Shown here in pieces: positions 58,880-64,000 of a stretch of DNA of 64,000 bases. The stretch is taken from assembly GCA_963842885.1 (NCBI GenBank), contig CAWJIE010000004.1:288001-352000 (forward strand), in the 5' to 3' direction. The notes beneath the pieces are model-generated. The model was not told the DNA's origin. It worked only from the letters and a program-made list of their open reading frames with translations, and did not search any database. The position numbers and the translations under genes are program-made. This DNA is from an uncultured Nitrososphaerota archaeon (GTDB lineage: Archaea; Thermoproteota; Nitrososphaeria; Conexivisphaerales; DTJL01). Every line of letters starts with the position of its first letter. The stretch's first letter is position 1.

Positions 58880-59518
58880 CTAGAGACCGGGCAGGGGGCT
58901 ACCTGTGACCATATCACGTCCGGTATCACTCAACACATAAGAATAGGGCTTCTTCGAGGCGTCCCTGACCACAAATCCCCTATCCGCCAGAGACTTCATT
59001 ATCCTAGCAGCATGTTCCCTGCTACTCCCCAAAACAGCTTTGATCTCAGATGCGGTCATTCTTCGACCTACAAGACTTCTTAACACTACAACCTCAACCT
59101 TGGAAGATATTTTCAAGTCGCTCCGATTAACCAGTTTACTACCTTCCTTCCTGGCCCTTTCCATCGAAGAAACGGGCTCTAATCGCTGACGAAACACTGC
59201 GACGTCCGATTCTCGAGTCGCCGAGGTCAGATTGGTGACAGCGGGTGGAAAAGGAGTAAGAGCTTGGAAAGCCGACCACCCGGTTCTTAGCAATCGATCC
59301 TCCAAGACATCAAGTTTCACCTGTACATCAGCGAGTCTTCTGTCCTGTAGCGAGGCCCTCGCGTTCAACTCTTTCATCATACTTGCTATCACATCAGAGC
59401 TATCGACATAAGCAGCCGAAGCTCGCCGTAGCACAGGTAGATAGCGTATCAGAACAATGAATGAAGAGATACTGAGCAATGAAACCCCAAATGCAATGTA
59501 GACTAACACATCAACCAT
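58880..59518 (-). CDS. Membrane-anchored coiled-coil protein with a C-terminal wHTH
   Basis: N-terminal TM helix, coiled coil, SREHAARIMKSLADRGFVVR..KPYSY. Confidence 0.75.
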   Translation of the reverse strand: MVDVLVYIAFGVSLLSISSFIVLIRYLPVLRRASAAYVDSSDVIASMMKELNARASLQDRRLADVQVKLDVLEDRLLRTGWSAFQALTPFPPAVTNLTSATRESDVAVFRQRLEPVSSMERARKEGSKLVNRSDLKISSKVEVVVLRSLVGRRMTASEIKAVLGSSREHAARIMKSLADRGFVVRDASKKPYSYVLSDTGRDMVTGSPLPGL

Positions 59519-59565
59519 ATGATGACAACATGTGATTTCTGAGGTGTGATATAAGTCTTGTCAGG

Positions 59566-59970
59566 TCACTTGTGTGATGCCCTATGCAACACAGCACTCA
59601 CCAACGCCAGAAACCGGTTTGACTCATCATCAGTCAATTCGCGGACTGCAGACTGCTCAAGCATGGACGCAACCCTCGGGATAGAGCCAATTACGCTTGG
59701 CGATACCAGGTCCAAGCTCAGGGCTAGAATCAAGGTAGCTATCGATTCAGAGATGACGCCTTCTGCTTGAGAAGCCGACCTCTCCATGGAACCCAGTGAA
59801 GTCTGCTTATCTCTCATTGACAGAACTTCCTTCAACTTCAAACGGTTCTGCAAAGCATACCTTCTTACGAGAAGCGCATCAAGTTGGGCTCTCTTGAAAT
59901 GCGTCCGGTCGAAGAGAGCTCTGAACGTCTCTCGTCGTAACACATCTTCTAACACGGTTAAGTTATACAA
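59566..59970 (-). CDS. Hypothetical protein
   Basis: 134-aa ORF co-oriented with the downstream wHTH gene. Confidence 0.55.
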   Translation of the reverse strand: MYNLTVLEDVLRRETFRALFDRTHFKRAQLDALLVRRYALQNRLKLKEVLSMRDKQTSLGSMERSASQAEGVISESIATLILALSLDLVSPSVIGSIPRVASMLEQSAVRELTDDESNRFLALVSAVLHRASHK

Positions 59971-60092
59971 ATTTGTATATTTACGTATTCTGAGATGGGC
60001 TGAGTCGCTTGGTCTCAGAGAGCCGAAGCAAACATGATACGTTTATAACACAACCAAATCCCTACTCAATAACTAAGTCACTTGGTGAGATA

Positions 60093-60329
60093 ATGGGGAG
60101 ACGTCGAAGGAAGGTATACAAACCGGTCAGAAAAACCCTGCCGAAAATATTCAATTGTCCTAGGTGTGGCGCTCCATCCGTGAAGGTTATAAAGAAATCC
60201 GAAGAATTTCATGTGATATGTGGATCTTGTGGCTTGGCATACGATTCTGCCCCGCAAAGGCCGCGCGAAGTGATAGACATCTTCAACGACTTTGTCGACG
60301 CATTTTACAAAGGCAAGATTGGGGCCTAA
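60093..60329 (+). CDS. elf1: Transcription elongation factor Elf1
   Basis: MGRRRRK...LPKIFNCPRCG...CGSCGL...IDIFNDFVD. Confidence 0.9.
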   Translation: MGRRRRKVYKPVRKTLPKIFNCPRCGAPSVKVIKKSEEFHVICGSCGLAYDSAPQRPREVIDIFNDFVDAFYKGKIGA

Positions 60330-60332
60330 ACT

Positions 60333-61091
60333 TTGGAGCCAAAGGTCGACTCATACATTCTCAATGAGCTCAAGACCAAGAGCGCCCTGGTCTTCGCTTT
60401 ATTGGATTCTGAGAATGTAAGCCCAGAACAATCGGCATCGATAGCCAAGAAGATCGCTAGGGCAGGAGCCGACGCCATTCTGGTCGGCGGTTCAACAGCA
60501 GTCGACCAACTAGCCCTTGACATGGTTGTCAAACGAGTTAAGCATGTTGTGACTATTCCTGTGATATTATTCCCAGGAAATGTGACCGGCGTCTCTCCAA
60601 ATGCCGACGCAATACTTTTTTCATCACTTCTCAATTCTAGTGACCCATATTTCATAATTGGTGCACAAGCTCTCGGCTCGTTATTAGTCAAGAAGTATCA
60701 CATCGAAGCACTACCTACAGGATACATCATTGCTGGGGAAGGGGGTGCCGCCGGTTTCGTCGGCAGAATTCACTCATTCCCTCAGAACAAACCGGAGCTT
60801 GTTGCTCTCTATGCGCTTGCCGCTCAGTACCTAGGAATGAGATATGTGTACCTTGAAGCGGGATCGGGCGCTTCCTCAGTTATACCAGCTGGAACAATTG
60901 CAAGGGTGCGAAAACTATACGAAGGCCTTCTCTTGGTTGGAGGAGGCATAAGAGACCAGAGAACGGCCCTTGCAGCCATCGAAGCTGGGGCCGACATAAT
61001 AGTAGTTGGTAATCTGATTGAAACACAAGGTTTCGAAGAAGTTCTACGGCAAATATCTTTGGTCGCACACCATAAGCGATCTAAGAGATAG
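60333..61091 (+). CDS. Geranylgeranylglyceryl phosphate synthase
   Basis: DAILVGGST, ILFPGN, PTGYII, YLEAGSGA and VGGGIR motifs. Confidence 0.93.
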   Translation: MEPKVDSYILNELKTKSALVFALLDSENVSPEQSASIAKKIARAGADAILVGGSTAVDQLALDMVVKRVKHVVTIPVILFPGNVTGVSPNADAILFSSLLNSSDPYFIIGAQALGSLLVKKYHIEALPTGYIIAGEGGAAGFVGRIHSFPQNKPELVALYALAAQYLGMRYVYLEAGSGASSVIPAGTIARVRKLYEGLLLVGGGIRDQRTALAAIEAGADIIVVGNLIETQGFEEVLRQISLVAHHKRSKR

Positions 61092-61097
61092 AGCGTC

Positions 61098-64000
61098 TTG
61101 GGACTTAATCGAGAGAAGCCAAACCTTGACGTAATTCAAAGAACCCTTAAACAACTTGAAGGCATGCCGTTGCAGGCATACTATGAAGGCATTTCCGATT
61201 CCTATCAGAGAGCATATCGATACACCATAACCGTAAAGGAGAAAAGCAACGACCCAGATCCTTGGCCACAATCACAAGAAGTATGTGACAAAGCAGATCG
61301 ACTTGAGGCACTCACACAAATCCACGGAATCGACAAACGACTCCGGGAGTATGAATCAAGCTCCTCAGTCGTCGAGACCGCTCTCAAGCTGTCTGAAGAC
61401 ATAGCGCTCGGCCACTTCGGTTTCTTCGAAAAAGAACAAACCTTGAATTTAGCCATAAAAGCCTCAGTTGCAGTTGTGACATCTTATGTGAGCGCTCTCC
61501 CTGTAGAGGACATCACAAAGGTCGTCATCAAGAAGAACGGTGATGGCACGCTTTATCCAGCCGTCTTCTTCGGTCAGATATCAAACATCATCTCTCCGCT
61601 TCAAGCTTCGTTTCTCCTCCTTATCGTCGACAAAATACGAATCATGGTCGGCTTGGATAAATATCACGTTAACTCCACGGGCGAGGACGAGATTGCCCGG
61701 TTCTTAGAAGAAGTTGGTGCGTATGAAAGGGAAGTAGGTCCCTTTGAATCGCACATCAACGAGAGCCACCTGCGTCTGGTCCTGCAAAACTTGCCTATCG
61801 AAGTTGATGGCTATGGAACCGAGGATTTTGAAGTCTTGATTAACAGAGGACTCAGTAGGATCAGAGACAACAGACTCAGAGGCGGCGCCCTGCATGTTCT
61901 AATCGAGGGAATCATCGGCAACTCAGCTCGTCTTTACTCTCTGTCAAAGGAACTGCAGCTACAGGAATGGACTTGGTTGACCGGCCTGGATAACGCCGGG
62001 AAGCCGAAAGGTCCTGGAGACCTCCAATCTTACATTCTCAACGCGAAGCCTGGCAAACCTGTTTTGTCGTTACCAGACAGGCAAGGGAGTTTTCGACTGC
62101 GCTACGGCAGGGCTCAAAATACCGGGTATGGTTGCTTCGGATTCCACCCTGCTGTCCTTGAACTCCTCGATTTCCCTATAACCACGGGAACGCAAATCAA
62201 AGTTAGCATCGCTAACCGGACCGGGTCTGTAGCCGTAGTCGACTCTCTGGAGCCCCCAATCATACGGCTTAACAATGGTGACACATGCAGGGTTGATAGC
62301 ACCGATCAGGCCAGGGCTTTGAAGGAACAAGTGGAATCCATCATTCATCTAGGGGATGTACTAGTATCACCCAACGAATTCTCCAGTTCGGGCAGCAAGC
62401 TGGAGCCATCAGGCTACGTCGAGGAGTGGTGGATTTCGGACCTTCACAGGAGTCAAGAAGATAGACACCTCGACTTGCAACAGCTTTCAGCCCTCACAAC
62501 CCTCGACATCAACAGGCTTCAGATGATGTTGACTAATCCTCTCTCCGTCAGACCGACCCTTTCCGAGTCAATACAACTTTGTGATGTGATAGGAATTCCC
62601 CTTCACCCTCGCTACTTGTACTACTGGGACGCACTCACCATAAAAGACGTATTTACGCTGAGAGAGAACATTGTAGACTACAAGGATGTGAGACCAGACA
62701 CCCGCTCTCTCACATTCATATACTCCCAACAAACCAAACGAATCCTCGACGCAGCCGGGATTCCGCACAAACTCTCAGCCTCTTTGCTAACTGTCTCAGG
62801 AGATGACGCGAGAACAACATATCTGACCTTGGCTCCGGACAAAACGATTCCTCTCGGGGCCACGTATTCTGATACTCTGACTCTTCTCAAGTTCCTATGT
62901 GGCTTCGAACTAAAAAAGAAAGCATCGACACTTGTTGGTGTAGCAATGAGGCGGGTTGAGATAGCTAGCGAACGAAAAATGAGACCGCCTGTGCACGTGT
63001 TATTTCCCGTTGGAACGAAGGCCGGACTTTCTCGAGATCTTCTGCAATTCTCGCGCTCACCGTCTAAAGTAGAAATCCGCATGAGAGTATGTCCTTCCTG
63101 TAACTCACAATCGCCATATGAATCGTGTCCGTTCTGCGAATCGCGGACTTCACAGCTGTATTATTGCACAACTTGCAGAAAGGAGAGCCGTGATGCAACG
63201 TGTCCAGACTGTGGAAACACGACATCTGATTCTGTGACTGCCGTCCCCCGGATGCAAGATCTCCTAAGGGCCGCTTCGACTAGTCTAAGCCTCCAACCTT
63301 ATCCTCCCCTTAAGGGCGTGATCAAACTCTCTAACCGTTTGCTGATGCCCGAACGACTAGAGAAAGGCATTCTTAGACAAAGGCATAACCTTACCGGCTT
63401 CAAAGACGGAACAACCAGATACGACACGGTCAATGCGCCACTGACTCATTTCAAGCCCTCTCAGTTTCACATGAACATCAAGACTCTTCATGACTTGGGC
63501 TATACCATAGATAGATACGGCCAACCCCTTGAGTCAGAAGAGCAAATCCTAGAACTCAAGCCGCAGGACGTGATTCTCCCTGAGGAAAGCGGCGATTATT
63601 TCAAAAGGCTGGCTGCATACTTAGACGACCTTCTGTCCCGTTTCTCCAAGGTAGAAACCTACTACAACGTTCAGAATCAAGAAGACCTGCTCGGCACTCT
63701 CGTGGTTGGGATATCTCCCAAGGCCTCGATTGGCGTCATAGGCAGAATCATAGGCTTCACAAGTGCGCGAATTTGTTATGCTCATCCAATGTGGCATGCA
63801 GCTAAGCATCGCGATTGTGGAGGTGACGTCGATTCACTGACTTTGCTCCTAGACGTGATGTTAAACTACTCTCCGAAGCTTTGTCCAAATCAGCTAGGGG
63901 GACTACTCGACGTCCCCTTCATGATCGAGCCAATCGTCTTACCCCCAATTATGTCCAAAGGAACCTCATTCGACGCATTAGATTCATACACCCAAGAATT
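61098..64000 (+). CDS. polC: DNA polymerase D large subunit DP2, divergent, runs off the window end
   Basis: The TTG at 61098 and the motif at 63795 are in the same frame; motifs include FRLRYGR, GYVEEWW, PLHPRY, ERLEKGILR, FKDGTTRYD, KPQDVIL and YAHPMWHAAKHRDCGGD. Confidence 0.92.
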   Translation, partial: MGLNREKPNLDVIQRTLKQLEGMPLQAYYEGISDSYQRAYRYTITVKEKSNDPDPWPQSQEVCDKADRLEALTQIHGIDKRLREYESSSSVVETALKLSEDIALGHFGFFEKEQTLNLAIKASVAVVTSYVSALPVEDITKVVIKKNGDGTLYPAVFFGQISNIISPLQASFLLLIVDKIRIMVGLDKYHVNSTGEDEIARFLEEVGAYEREVGPFESHINESHLRLVLQNLPIEVDGYGTEDFEVLINRGLSRIRDNRLRGGALHVLIEGIIGNSARLYSLSKELQLQEWTWLTGLDNAGKPKGPGDLQSYILNAKPGKPVLSLPDRQGSFRLRYGRAQNTGYGCFGFHPAVLELLDFPITTGTQIKVSIANRTGSVAVVDSLEPPIIRLNNGDTCRVDSTDQARALKEQVESIIHLGDVLVSPNEFSSSGSKLEPSGYVEEWWISDLHRSQEDRHLDLQQLSALTTLDINRLQMMLTNPLSVRPTLSESIQLCDVIGIPLHPRYLYYWDALTIKDVFTLRENIVDYKDVRPDTRSLTFIYSQQTKRILDAAGIPHKLSASLLTVSGDDARTTYLTLAPDKTIPLGATYSDTLTLLKFLCGFELKKKASTLVGVAMRRVEIASERKMRPPVHVLFPVGTKAGLSRDLLQFSRSPSKVEIRMRVCPSCNSQSPYESCPFCESRTSQLYYCTTCRKESRDATCPDCGNTTSDSVTAVPRMQDLLRAASTSLSLQPYPPLKGVIKLSNRLLMPERLEKGILRQRHNLTGFKDGTTRYDTVNAPLTHFKPSQFHMNIKTLHDLGYTIDRYGQPLESEEQILELKPQDVILPEESGDYFKRLAAYLDDLLSRFSKVETYYNVQNQEDLLGTLVVGISPKASIGVIGRIIGFTSARICYAHPMWHAAKHRDCGGDVDSLTLLLDVMLNYSPKLCPNQLGGLLDVPFMIEPIVLPPIMSKGTSFDALDSYTQE

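Overview
Archaeal chromosome segment, most likely a deep-branching Nitrososphaerota/Thaumarchaeota-like lineage (it encodes topoisomerase IB, Elf1 and a cdc6-linked origin). Most of the window is housekeeping: grpE-dnaK-dnaJ, srp54-pus10-rpl21e-rpo4-ksgA, rpl10e-dph2-csl4-rpoL-tfs, topA, prs, moeB/moaD/moaE/mobA, valS, aRF1, pyrH, five tRNAs and an oriC with ORB boxes. Several core genes have single-base frameshifts that are probably sequencing errors. An ~18.7 kb element is integrated at an intron-containing tRNA-Leu(CAA), with a 15-bp att repeat at 35321 and 54013. It carries a tyrosine integrase, two DDE transposases and a SWIM / Cas4-like nuclease / SWIM-transposase / methyltransferase operon. 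It also carries a ~9.5 kb cargo region in which unrelated genes are separated by two families of short hairpin-forming repeats and bracketed by ~85-90 bp inverted repeats; this is the best candidate for an undescribed gene-cassette capture system. Other notable points: both PolD subunits keep long open frames but have lost catalytic residues; a 60-bp exact copy of the segment next to the polC active site sits beside tRNA-Thr(TGT); and tRNA-Thr(GGT) has an apparent intron at position 8/9 plus a duplicated acceptor strand in its leader. All calls are from reading the sequence by eye; no searches were run.
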